DNA from: Callorhinchus milii
Lineage: Eukaryota
Length of the DNA stretch: 64,000 bases
Direction of reading: 5' to 3'
Assembly: GCF_018977255.1 (NCBI RefSeq)
Contig: NW_024704742.1
Span: forward strand, 54,748,001 to 54,812,000
Positions 11,905 through 23,869 of this stretch are shown in pieces; positions within the stretch are counted from its first letter, which is position 1; each line of letters opens with the position of its first letter. The position numbers were made by a program, and so were the translations under genes. A model generated the notes under the pieces. The model made no database searches, was not told where the DNA came from, and saw only the letters and a list, made by a program, of their open reading frames with translations.

Positions 11905-12322
11905 CACCGCATTTGAAGTAGCACATTTTACAGTAGAACATTTGAAAGTGCTTCACAGGAATTACTGTAGTTCATTGGCTGTGTATTTTGTAGGCAAACA
12001 TAGCAATCAATTCGCAGGCAGTATTGTTCTACAAACAACACGATTACATTTGTATAGCACCTTTCATGTCGGTGAAGAACTGATATTATCTGGTGGATTG
12101 TTGGTTAAGATATGAGGAGAAATTCCCTTCTCTTTTTCAAATAGTGCCACAGGATCTTTAACATCCACCTGAACAGACAGAAGGGATCTTAGGTTAACAT
12201 CTCATCCAAAGAAGGACACCTCTCTGACACTGTGGCACACACCCAGCACTGCATTAGGGGCTCGAACTCTCAATCATCTGACTCAGAGGGGAGAGTGCTA
12301 CTAAGTGAGTCAGGCTGACACT
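11905..12322 (-). mobile_element. Degenerate Deu-domain-type SINE (SacSINE1/AmnSINE-like)
   Basis: Reverse complement begins gtgtcagcctgactcac..tagcactctc..ctgagtcag..gagttcgagccc and continues ggatgagatgttaacc...caggtggatgttaaagatcc..gcactatttgaa; homologous to the plus-strand copy at 50815-51250. Confidence 0.7.
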
Positions 12323-12554
12323 TACACTTCAATCTGACAGATCTCATGTAGTAATCATGGCAAATTTATGAAGAATTTTATAGCATCATTTTAGTTACCA
12401 TAAATACCCTATTGTTATTTCTTAGGTGAATGCAGTGCAACAGAAGGTAGGGTATTGAAGGGCAATTTTAGGACACTGTGATTTATGTTAAAAAAAAGAG
12501 TAATCAACAGCAGAAAAGGTTAAAGCGCGCGTTACTGAACTAATTTAAAAATCG

Positions 12555-12803
12555 GTTTGCCTAGCAGTAAGTAGGAATTCAGTTGCTAGTCGATTGGCAG
12601 ATTGCTTTCCAGGGGTAATAAACCTTTCCCCAAAAAATGTGGTCACTCAATACACGACTGTGGAACACTGCTGTGTGCAATTGGCTGCCCATTTCACCCA
12701 CAAAAATACAGTCAATTCACTTTGCAATATATTCTGCAAAGCACTTTGAGAGTCTCAATGATGTGATATGGCAATATATCAAATGCAAGGATTGTTATTA
12801 TTA
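12555..12803 (+). mobile_element. 5'-truncated tRNA-derived SINE (family of 48883-49272)
   Basis: cctagcagtaagtaggaa..tagtcgattggcagat..cactgctgtgtgcaattggctgcc..tatcaaatgcaaggattgttatta. Confidence 0.8.
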
Positions 12804-14519
12804 AAAATAGGTAGTTGATATTCTAAAAGTACAAGATCAAATGCACTGAAGAACCTTCTTCCAAACCTCTTGTAAAATGAGTAAGTTAAAACTCCACGTG
12901 AGTTTAGATTTACTCTATCAAATTAGCATTTAAAAAAATCCAGCTCTGAGGTGCTACCCATGTGAAGGGCACGATATACATTCAAGTTGTTACCTTTGAA
13001 ATCTGTTTTCTATACTTCTTAAAATAACTTCAAAAAAAGCTTCAAAATTAAGGATTGTATTTAAGAATTTGCCAAATTTCATAAGTTTTGAAATGTTACA
13101 TTAGTAGAATAAATCTAGACTCAAGTGAAGTCTCAATCCCAATATTCCATAATTAATTATTGTGAAACGTTGAGTATACGCTACATAGTGTATAAAGTAA
13201 TGCACAAGTCAGGTGAGTTGTTAAGGTATGTGCCGGTTTTTCTTGTTTAGGTTACATTAATATATGTGCCAACCTTCAAAATAAGAGGGATGGTAAAAAT
13301 TTCTGTATTAGAATATTGGATGGGTCCCAGTAATTTAATTGAAAAGTTCATGTGATGCTTAGTTTAAACCACAAGAGGTAGGTTTGAGTGATTGGTAAAT
13401 GAGCCCTGAAACTGGATTACTGCCACTATACCATACATGTACATTACATGATCTTTTTATATAACAGTGTTTTGTGAGTGTTGTTTTGAAGGCATTTGGC
13501 AAGGTTTGATGGTGCTTAGTCTTTGTAGATATCATGGACTGGTTGATAATGCATAAACAATATATCAAGTGAAAAATGTAAAACTCCGCAAAAACAAATG
13601 TCACCAATTCATTCATAATCATTTTTGTGAAACTACAGAAAATATACTTTTTTTATTATGTACATTGTATGCCAGCCTGTCTCAGTTGGCAGCACTGCCA
13701 CCTCTGACATTGTTTAATGACACTTCAATAAAGTGTTTGGGGGGAGGGGCGGGAGGAGATTTGCATCGTTGAAGGTGTTGTCCTTCGGATGACACATTTA
13801 ACCTAGGTCCCATCAGGTGGACATCAAAGGTAACATTGCACTACTCAGGGAGAGAAGGGAATTTCTCCCAGTGGCCCACAAACAACAATTAATTTGCAGG
13901 TTTGTTGGCCAGGATGTCAGGAGGAACTTATTCCTTTTCAAATAGTGTTGGGTGATCATTAATGTTTGCCTGTACAGGCATCTCATTCCAAAGCTGATTC
14001 ATCTGATAAAGTAACATTCTCCCAGGCCTGTATTGCAATGGATGTGTTGAATGGCATCAAGAGAGATGGATATAGTATGCCTTTTGGTTCCTTAATGGTT
14101 CCCAGATCCTATGCCTGCAGAAGAGGAATTTCATTGAGCGGTATTTGGAAGTCCAGGCTGCAACAGTGAAATTGGATTGTGGGGTAAGGGAGAAGCAGTT
14201 GCAGGGACGGAGAGCTCTAACTACATTGACCTGTCACTCTTTGCCAAGGCCCCCTCACTTGAAGACCTGGATTAAGCAGTAAATTTTGAGTAAACCTGGC
14301 AAGCAGCAATGTTACAGCTCTAGAACAGCAAAGTGGCTGGCATGTCACAGTTGTCCTGTACAGATTTTTCTAGCAGATTGAAGGCATATACCCATTGAAC
14401 AGCTGATGAGGAAACTCTGAAGCTTGAGATAACAGCTGCTGCAAGGTATTACTTGGAGGCTAGGTTTATGAACACATACTTGTATATCCAGAGTTTGGTA
14501 TCTACCTTTACTAATCCTT

Positions 14520-15010
14520 ACATTTAAAATAATCCTTACATTTGAAATAGTGCCTTTCATGTCAGAAGGACATCTCAAAGCACTTGATAGGATTTTCCGT
14601 AAATTGGAGTAACAATATTTTCGTGAGCAAACATGACAGTCAATTTTGCACACACCAAGAGCCATGAAATGAATATTAGAAACTTCCACTTATATGGCAT
14701 CCTTCAAATGAGGTAGCATCTTAGAGTGTTGAACAATAATGTTTGACACCAAGCTGGGGATAAAGGGGAGGGTCGAATGTAGACATGATCAAAGAGAAAA
14801 GTCTTCAGGTAAATTTTATTTACTTTTATTACAATTTATTCAAATGAAATGATCAATTTATTTGGGGGATTATTGACCAGGACATCTGGAGAAACTCGCT
14901 TTTCTTCTAGTAATGCCATGGGATCTTTAACTTCCACTGATGGACTCAAGTTTAGCATCTCATCCGAAGGACTGCACCTCCAAAAAAGGCAGCACACTTC
15001 CAGCATCACG
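14520..15010 (-). mobile_element. Degenerate Deu-domain-type SINE fragments
   Basis: aatccttacatttgaaatagtgcctttca tail and catctcatccgaaggactgcacctcc core in reverse orientation. Confidence 0.55.
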
Positions 15011-15099
15011 TGAATATCAGTATTGTAAATGGTGTGCAGAGAGGTAAGCAACTACTGCTCAAGCTCTACACTTCCAACTGGTTGAACAATTATTTTCTG

Positions 15100-15285
15100 C
15101 GTGTAATAATCCCTCCAAAAAAAAATGTTCACTCAATCCACGACTGTTTGCGCAATTGGCTGCCACGTTTCGGCCACAAAATACACAGTCAATTCACTTT
15201 TTACAATGTATCCAGTGAAGCATTTTGAGACATCTCAGCAATGTGATAAGCCACTATATCAAATGCAAGGGTTATTATTATTAAT
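15100..15285 (+). mobile_element. SINE 3' half
   Basis: taataatccctccaaaa..cactcaatccacgactg..tatcaaatgcaagggttattatta. Confidence 0.8.
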
Positions 15286-16274
15286 AGATAGGGATGTGTC
15301 GCTAAGCTATGGGCAGGTTGAGTTGTGCTTTTTGCCAAGAGATCCTCGTGTCTGCTATCTATCCACTTAGCGAGGACTCAAATATCAAATGACCAACTAG
15401 TGGTTCACCTCCAAGGAGGCACAAGTAGAGCTTTCTTAGAACTGAGCTTGCTCCAAACTAACTTGCCTGATAATAGACCATCATAATTTCTCTGTGGCAG
15501 TCCAGTTGTTGAGCCAAGCAATTATACAGTATTACAAGGCACCATTGATGACAGATTAGCCAGCATGGCTCACCAGTACAATTTAAAGGAGAAAGTCCAG
15601 GTACTGGAGACAGGATTTCTTCAAGGCCTGCCTATGGAGGTACATATGGGCCCTAGTTTAATGTCTCATCAAATTTGTTATAAAGGGAACATAAAATTAA
15701 GTTAATTTTGTTGAAATAATAATTGGTCATTCAATTGGAGAAATATAATAATATGATATGAATATGTAATTCCGAAAATCCTTCATTTAATTCGACAGGG
15801 TGATATACAATATTCAGGAAGATCTGTTGAGTGCAAAAGTATACTAAGGGTTAAGGATGGCAGAGCAGAAAACAAAAGGATTGAGTGCAATGCACCATGG
15901 CAGTTTCTGTGAGAATCCGGAGGTGATAGGAGAACCCAGGAGGTTAATAGCTTTGTACCACCCAAGAACCAATTGTTTGAGGGGAGGTTATGATTGTGGG
16001 ATGGAGATTTAAGTTATTTCCTATTAAAAGTAATCCATTTATCCATTGATGTTGCAGACAGGTTTTCCCTCCAACTATTTCAAAGCAAGGTTATTATGTA
16101 TGTGTCATCATAAAAAAAGTCTGCCCTTTTAACCAAATAATTGTAGTTCTTTCATTGCTCCTAGTTGTTGGAATACTTTATAATTGAAATAAAAAAAGAA
16201 ATCAAGTTTTTATGCCAACCACCTTTACTGATTGTTGCTGAAACAGGAGTTAAGTTAATTATGGAGGGGAGTAC

Positions 16275-17600
16275 AACAACAACTTGCACTTATATAGCAC
16301 CCTCCACAAAGGCCAGGGTCATAGAGTGCTTAACAATAGCAAAGCCTGACTCCCAGCTGGGAGGTGGGTGGGGGAAACGGAGGTGGCTGTAAGCACGATC
16401 GAAAAGGAAGGTTTTAAGGTGGACTTGAAAAAGCGGAGAGACGGGGCAAGGTGGAGGGATTAGGGCATAGTGGCTGAAAGTGCGACCTCCAATGATGGAG
16501 CGGAGGATGCGAGGTACAAGCAGGAGGCCGGTGCCAGTCGAGCGGAGGCCCTGGGTGGTGGCTTGCGGAGTAAGGTAGGGAGGTGCCGGGGAGGGAAGGG
16601 ATTTGAACATGAAAGTGAGGATCTTGAAGTGGATCTGTTCAGTGATGGGGAGCCAGTGGAGCCTGGCCAAAACTGGTGAGATGTGGGTATGGACTTTGGT
16701 CCGGGTAAGAATGCGGGCAGCAGAGTTCTGAATGAACTAGATTTTTTGAATAGTGGAGCTGGGGAGATCGGAGAGGAGTGTATTTGAATAATCCAGGTGG
16801 AAAGTGACAAACGCATGCACGAGGGTTTCAGCTGCATTTGGGGTAATGTATGGTCGGAGGCAGACAATGTGGCGGAGGTGGAGGAAAGCAGTCCTGGTCA
16901 GGGACTGGATGTGGAGGAGGAAGGACCCCTGGGGACACAAATTGGATGCCTAGATTGCACACTGGTTCAGTGAGCCCGAGGGAAAGCCCAGGGACGTTGA
17001 GGAGTTTAGATCCACAGGAGTGAAGATGTTGACGGGAGCCAAGGAGTATGGCTTCCGTCTTGTCCACATTCAGCTGCAGGAAATTTACACTTATCCAAGT
17101 CTTGATGTCTGCCAGACAAGCTGATAGAACATCGGCAGACCTGGAGTTGGTTCTGAAGGAGGCAAAGTAGATTTGTGTGTCATTCGCATCCTTTTGGAAG
17201 TTTACCTCGTGTCCACAGATGACATCGCCAAGAGGGAACATATAGATTAATAAAAGGAGGGGACAAGGATGGAGCCCTGGGGAGACTGGGAGGGGGTAGA
17301 AGGAGAAATCATTTGCCAAGATGAAATGGAGATGGTTGGTTAAGTAGGACTCGAACCATGTGAGTAAGGTGGATAAGGGAGGAGAGGCGGTGGAGGAGGA
17401 TAGCATGGTCAACTGTATCGAACGTAGCAGAGAAATCCAGGAGGATGAGGAGGCAGAGGAAGCCCTGGTCACAGATAGAGAGGACATTGTTGTAACTTTG
17501 ACAAGCACTGTCTCTGTGCTGTGGGCAGGGCGAAAACCAGACTGCAGGGGCTCGAGGAGAGAGAGGTGTGACCGAATAGACGGGGGATAGGCATGACAAT
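16275..17600 (-). mobile_element. L2-clade LINE fragment (decayed ORF2 RT C-terminus plus 3' tail)
   Basis: Translated pieces LILLDFSATFDTVDHAILL, NFLQLNVDKTEAILLG, AAETLVHAFVTFHLDYSN, LHWLPITEQIHFKIL, WN/LKTFLF; (CAA)n tail at about 16275. Confidence 0.9.
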
Positions 17601-18749
17601 AGGACAGTTAAGGGGGATATATGAACAATTTGTGTTGTATTCAGAGGCAGTGCATTATGGAAAAAATAGCTGAAATAATCTCATTGTAAAAACAAATTAA
17701 TTTTTATACAAAACTGTATAATGCATGAAAAGAAATCCACGATTATAAAATAAAATTTAGTGATATCTTCTTGCTTATTTTCATGCAATGAATTCAACAG
17801 AATGGGTGTGGTCAACAAATCATGATCAGGAGTGTCAAATTGGATATCTAGTCCCATAACACAGCTCCCATTCAACTCCGTGAAGCATATTGATGCATCC
17901 TTCTGACTTTCCTTATAAATGAAATTTGTTGTTCTCCCAGAATATGCAACATCAACATATGTAATCAAAAATTTAAATAAATGTCAAGCGCTAAATGCAC
18001 AATTAAGTCATGTTTTAAAATTGATGCTGGTGCTCAAAACCAAATGAAAACCACATTTTTATTATTTCGCCCACTAAATACAATAACAACAATAACAAAT
18101 TGCATTTATAAAGTGTCTTTCACGTCGGAAGACATTGAGGGATTTGCACCCGAACTGAGGGTTGGGATCAGAGAGGGGTCGAGGGCAGATGGGGTGGAGG
18201 AAGGAAGATGACTGAAGGCACGTTCGAAAAGGAAGGTCTTGAGACAGGCTTTGAAGGAAGCAAGGGAGGGGAAATAAAATTTTTAAAAATGTAAAAGTAA
18301 AGTGGAAATTTCCTATTGAGGGCAGTTAATAGATTGTCTTAAATTACTTTCTTCTAACTGCTGGGCTGTTATATGTTTTGAAAAGTATTTTAGTGTTATG
18401 TTTTGAAACCACTGCTATGTTTCTTTCCACTTCTTTTGGGGCATCAATAATCTTTTATTTATGTATAATCTTGTACTCCACATTTTTTATTCTCTCTCCA
18501 TACTTTGTAAATACATTTTCTTTTTGTCTTTCTATCAATTTCCCTTTTGATCTATTTCAGACCATCTTTGTTTAGTTTGTACCCTACTGCACTAATTACT
18601 TGGTTACATGCATAATATTATTGAAGGATACTTATTTATCCTTGACAGATTGGTAGTGTTAATCACAATCTTTTACTAAGCTTGGCACTCATACCTTGAT
18701 GTTTGTCCATCTAAAGTTTCATAACACCAGTTAAGTCTTCTAAAGCATA

Positions 18750-19633
18750 AAGCAGTTAAAACTTGTAAGCAAAACAGAAGTCCACAGTATTAAATGGACA
18801 GTGGCAGCATGGATACAGAACTGGCTGGAAAACAGAAAGCAGAGAGTGGTGGTGAACGGTTGTTTTTTGACTGGAGAAAAGTGTGCAGTTGTGTCCCGCA
18901 GGGGTCAGTATTGGGACCACTGCTGTTTTTGATCTATATAAATGACCTGGATTTGGGTATAAGGAGTACAATTTCCAATTTCCAGATAATACTAAGATAG
19001 GAAAAGTAGTAAACAGTGAGGATAGTAGCAGACTGCAAGGGAACATAAGCAGACTGGTAAAAATGGGCAGACATGTGGCAGATGAAGTTAAACGTGGTGA
19101 TCCATTTTGGGAGGATGTCAAGGCATTGGAGAGGGTGCAAAGGAGATTTACCAGGATCATACCAGGAATGAGGGACTTCAGTTATCAGGAGAGACTTCCT
19201 GACTAGTTATCAGGAAAGATTATTCTCCTTGGAGCAGAGAAGGTTAAGAGGAGACTTAATGGAAGTTTTCAAACTTATGAGGGGATTCAGTAGGGTGAAC
19301 AAGGAGAAACTATTTCCACTGGTGGGTGGGTGGGTGGGTCAGTAACCTGAGGACATGGATTTAAAATAGTGCTAAAAGAAATAGAGGAGAAATGTTTTCA
19401 CACAGCGAGTTGTTCGGATCGGGAATGCATTGACTGAAAGGATGGTGGAAGCTGATTCGCTAACAACTTTTAAGAGAGAAGTAGGTAATTATTTGGGGAG
19501 GACAGGTTTTCAGGGCTATGGGGAGAGAGCGGGAGAATGGGATTGATTTGGATAGCTCTTTTCAAAGAGCCAACGCAGACACAAAATGGGCCAAATGGCC
19601 TCCTTCTGTACTGTATAATTCTGTGATTCTATG
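18750..19633 (+). mobile_element. CR1-clade LINE 3' fragment
   Basis: [22 protein letters not shown] motif, LERVQRRFTR region, 3' end gggccaaatggcctccttctgtactgtataattctgtgattctatga. Confidence 0.9.
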
Positions 19634-20234
19634 AAATCGTGACTGATTACTTTCTAAAGCAGAGATTACATAACCAAAGCTTGGTGTTGTATTGTACTGT
19701 TCATTAATATTAAAGTAGGGGGCAGACATTCTTCTGGGAAAAAAAACTGCACAAATTAAGACTCCACAGTCCTATTAATAAATGGAATATTTGTCGGACC
19801 CAGATACGTTCTTTATATTTTTGCTGGCTAATTTTTCTAATTTAGTTTCCACAACACTCAGGGAGAGAGAAGGCCCCTGAATTATAGGTAGAGGCTAGAA
19901 TACTGGAGTAAAATTTACGGAATTCCAAAACTCATTCCATTCCTTATTTAAGGAATAGGTTTAGGAAAATGCCCAGGTTGGTCCCTCTGGAGGCATGCTC
20001 CACGTGGGTTCAGAGGACTACCAATTTGTTTTGACCCTGAGGCTAGCAATTCTATTTTGTAAATCTTGGACCCTACGTCAGGCTTTATGTTTTTTATTCG
20101 TCTTTAGGGTTTGTCGCAGGGTTTGTCTTTCACAGGGTCTGTCTGGCGAGCTGGACTGGAATCTTTGCTGGCCTAGACCACAAAAATTACTTTCAGCAAT
20201 TGGCCAGAGGTTTCATGCCTTGTGCTGGCAATCA

Positions 20235-20345
20235 CTGTCAGCCTGGCTGTTGGTAACACTCTCACTGCTGAACCCTGTGTGGGTTCAAGCCCCACACAGG
20301 GCCTTTGACCTCACAGTCTAGGCCTTGTCTGACACTTCAGTGGGC
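20235..20345 (+). mobile_element. 5' head of a Deu-domain-type SINE, running directly into the G-rich minisatellite
   Basis: tgtcagcctggct..gtaacactctcac..gggttcaagccccac..ctgacacttcagtg matches the head of the 50815 copy. Confidence 0.65.
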
Positions 20346-21420
20346 AGTGGTGGTGGGGGAGTGAGGGAGTGGGGGTCATGGGGAGGGGGTGTGGGGGTGG
20401 GGCAGTGGGGGTCAGAGGGATGGGGGTGTGAGGATAGGGCAGTGGGGGTTAGGGGGAGGGGGTGTGAGGGTGGGGCAGTGGGGGTGGAGCAGTGGAGGGT
20501 CAGTGGGAGGGGGGCAATGGGTGGGGCAGTGGGGGTCAGTGGAGGGGGGCAATGGGGTGGGGCAGTGGGGGCAGAGGGAAGAGGTGTGGGGGAAGGGGAG
20601 GGGCTGTGGGGAGTGGGGCAGTGGAGGTCAGGAGGAGGGAGTCAGTGGGGGGGTGGGGCAGTGGGGGTCTGGGGGGGTGGGGCAGTGGGGTCAGGGGGAG
20701 GGGGTGTGAGGGGTGGGGCAGTGGGGGTCAGGGGGAGGGGGTGTGAGGGGTGGGGCAGTGGGGGTCAGGGGGAGGGGGTGTTAGGGGTGGGGCAGTGGGG
20801 GTCAGGGGTCAGGGGAGGGGGTGTGAGGGGTGGGGCAGTGGGGTCAGGGGAAGGGGGTGTGAGGGGTGGGGCAGTGGGGTCAGGGGGAGGGGGTGTGAGG
20901 GGTGGGGCAGTGGGGTCAGGGGGAGGGGCAGTGGGGGTCAGGGGGAGGGGTGTGAGGGGTGGGGCAGTGGGGTCAGGGGGAGGGGGTGTGAGGGGTGGGG
21001 CAGTGGGGTCAGGGGGAGGGGGTGTGAGGGGTGGGGCAGTGGGGTCAGGGGGAGGGGTGTGAGGGGTGGGGCAGTGGGGTCAGGGGAGGGGGTGTGAGGG
21101 GGGCAGTGGGGGTCAGGGGCAGGGGGTGTGAGGGGTGGGGCAGTGGGGTCAGGGGGAGGGGGTGTGAGGGGTGGGGCAGTGGGGTCAGGGGAGGGGGTGT
21201 GAGGGGTGGGGCAGTGGGGTCAGGGGGAGGGGTGTGAGGGGTGGGGCAGTGGGGGTCAGGGGGAGGGGGTGTGAGGGGTGGGGCAGTGGGGGTCAGGGGG
21301 AGTGGGTGTGAGGGGTGGGGCAGTGGGGGTCAGGGGGAGGGGGTGTGAGGGGTGGGGCAGTGGGGGTCAGGGGGAGGGGGTGTGAGGGGTGGGGCAGTGG
21401 GGGTCAGGGGTCAGGGGGAG
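20340..21420. repeat. G-rich minisatellite, about 35-37-bp unit GGGGGTGTGAGGGGTGGGGCAGTGGGGTCAGGGGGA
   Basis: Tandem units, degenerate on the left and regular from about 20680 to 21410; five G4-5 tracts per unit. Confidence 0.95.
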
Positions 21421-21620
21421 TCGGGATGGTGATGACGCGGGGCAGTGACTGACCACCTCGTCACGTGCTCTCCCCACGCTGTGCTCCCCACGTGACGCTC
21501 GGGCGGCACGTGCGCTCTCCCGCTCCCTCGGCGCCAACGGCTTTCGCTCGAGCGATCTCGCGAGCGTTCGGGACGCGGTTGGGGCCGTTGACGGGCGGGC
21601 GGGCGGGGTGGCGGGTAGCA
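21421..21620 (+). promoter_or_regulatory. MICU3 CpG-island promoter / 5' UTR with three CACGTG E-boxes, TCTCGCGAG motif and GC boxes
   Basis: CACGTG at 21462, 21489 and 21507; TCTCGCGAG at 21556-21564; GGGCGG repeats at about 21592-21607; CpG-rich sequence continues to about 22600. Confidence 0.65.
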
Positions 21621-21908
21621 ATGGCCGTGTTCAGAAGGCTCCTCGACGCCGCGGTTCCTCGCCAGCCTCTGGCCGACAAGGGCAGCAGGGCCCGGGGGGC
21701 GCTGGCCAGCTCCAGGCTGGCGCTGGTGTGCGGGCTGGGAGGGGCGCTCGTGGCCTTTTGTTATCATCGTTACCTCGAGGAGCCCGAGGACAGGAGGAGG
21801 AGGAGGAGGAGGACCAGACTCGGGGTCAGGTTCGGGCTCCCGGACAGGGGCAGGGCTGCCCGGCCGCAGCTCGCTCTGCCGATCGTGGCAGCCAAGGAGA
21901 AGCCCAAG
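21621..21908 (+). CDS. MICU3: Calcium uptake protein 3, mitochondrial, coding exon 1
   Basis: gcaATGGCC start; MAVFRRLL... Arg/Ala/Leu-rich presequence-like N-terminus, hydrophobic LALVCGLGGALVAFCY, ends LPIVAAKEKPK|gtaagc; 288 nt, phase 0 fits exon 2. Confidence 0.85.
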
Positions 21909-23039
21909 GTAAGCGCCGTTACCCGGGGAGGTGCCGGGGCCGAGTGCCTTTCACGGGCACCGAGGACCACCGCTGCGGATGCGAGTGAGGCTGAGCCGCA
22001 TCCTCCGGGGCTGAGAGCATCCTTGGAACCCGGCGGGGGGTGGCGCCCGGTGTCCGTCCACAGCCGTACACCGGAGGCGGTGTAACTCGCATCTTTAAAC
22101 GTTTTAGTATTTTTCGTGTGTTTTTTTTTTAAAAAAAAAGGTCTTGGATCGCATCGAGAACCGAACCACAGGACGATAATTACCGAGAGCCTGTGGGGGT
22201 GGGGGGTGCGGTGCTGATGGACGCTGGTGATTTGTTGAACACCGCGTTTCCATCGCTTTCATTATTTATATGGCAACAGCTGTCACCTTTTCAACGCTCC
22301 CCCGAACATGTCGAAAGGATGGCGTTAGCCTCTGGTTACAAGCAGCCAAGGACGGGGGTTTGTTTAGTTTGTGCTGAAGGACGGTTCAGTTTCACGTATC
22401 GATACATCACGGGGTCAGCGTTGCGCATCGATTCATTTGCAGTGCGAACTGCGTGGCGTTTTGTGATCCAACCAGAGCGAGAGTCTGAAGGGAGGAGGAA
22501 AGATGCCCAGCACAGCGAGACTGGCCCATTTGTGAGAAGGAGAATATTTTTGTTGTGAGATTTGATTCGGAAGTGCAAAGCCGACTCTGTACGTTGATTA
22601 TCAATTGTGATAAAGTTAACTCATTAGTCGAAGCAGACACGGACTGTAATACCAGGGAGTGGTTTCAGGTTGCAATGGTTTTTGTTCCGACTGGAATTGT
22701 TACCATCACAGTTGGGGTGTACAGAAAACTGCATGTTGACCGTCAGTTTGATGATAGCTGCGAGTATATTTAAATCCGAATTTAGTCAAACAAATCTCAT
22801 GTTTTCAACAGCAAACCCCAAATAAAATTGATTACTCCTTCCATAAATGTTTGTAGGACATTGCTGTGAGCCCAGCTCGCGTCCATAACTCTGTCTATCC
22901 TGCGCCTTGGAACGTCCTCCCGACTTGAAAGGCGCTATACAAATGTAATATTGTTGCTGTGAGCAAATTGGCTGCTGTGTTCGGCCACAAAAATACAACA
23001 GCTTGCACCTATAAGGCACGCTTCACACAGGCAGCAACT

Positions 23040-23867
23040 TGGATCCTCATCCTCACCTACAAGACCATTCACGGCCTTGCTCCATCCTACCTCTCCAATC
23101 TACTATCCCCCCACGTACCTGCCCGTACTCTCCGTTCCTCTGGCTCCGGTCTGCTCCACATCCCCCGCCCCAACCGCCCTACCATCGGTGGCCGGGCCTT
23201 CAGCCTCTCAGCCCCGAGGCTCTGGAACTCTATCCCCCAGTGCCTTCGCCGCCTCCTCCCTTTCCTCCTTCAACAACAAGATTCCATTTATAAAGCGCCT
23301 TTCACGTCAGGAGGACGTCCCAAGGCGCTGCACAGTTGGGTCATGACCCGAGTAGGGGAGAAATGGTCAGGGGGAGGGGGGGGAGGGAGCGAGGAGCGGG
23401 GAAATGGTCAGGGTGAGGGAGGGAAGAGGGGAGCGAGGAGGGGTAGAGAGTCGAGAGGGGAGCTGAAGGCTCGGTCAAAGAGAAAGGTTTTGAGACCGGC
23501 CTTGAAGGAGGAAAGGGAGGAGGCGGCGAAGGCACTGGGGATAGAGTTCCAGAGCCTCGGGGACTGAGAGGCTGAAGGCCCGACCACCGATGGTAGGGCG
23601 ATTGGGGCGGGGGACGTAGAGCAGACCGGAGCCGGAGGAACGGAGGGTACGGGCAGGTAGGTAGATAGGTAGGCCGGTCTCAAGACCTTTCTCTTTGACC
23701 ATGCCTTCAGCTCCCCTCTCGACTCTCTACCCCCTCCTCGCTCCCTCCCTTCCCTCCCCTCACCCTGACCATTTCCCCCCTGCTCGGGTTCTGACCCAAC
23801 TGTACAGAGCCTTGGGATGTCCTCCCGACGTGAAAGGCGCTCTATAAATGCAATTTTGTTGTTGTTG
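23040..23867 (+). mobile_element. Young L2 3' fragment interrupted by an inverted copy of the same family (23271-23670)
   Basis: Host reads ...cctccttcaa | ggccggtctcaagacc... across the insert; both copies encode ILILTYK/LSNLL..RTLRSSGSGLL..GGRAFS..PRLWNSIP and have (TTG)n tails. Confidence 0.88.
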
Positions 23868-23869
23868 GA

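Noticed and set aside
20325..21237. Gly-rich ORFs
   Set aside because: Translations of the G-rich minisatellite.
6788..21420. CRISPR-like arrays
   Set aside because: The tandem arrays have no unique spacers and the context is a vertebrate genome.
21465..22085. 206-aa ORF as the MICU3 first exon
   Set aside because: The ORF track starts at a non-ATG codon and reads past the AAG|gtaagc donor; the ATG at 21621 and donor at 21909 give the correct phase.
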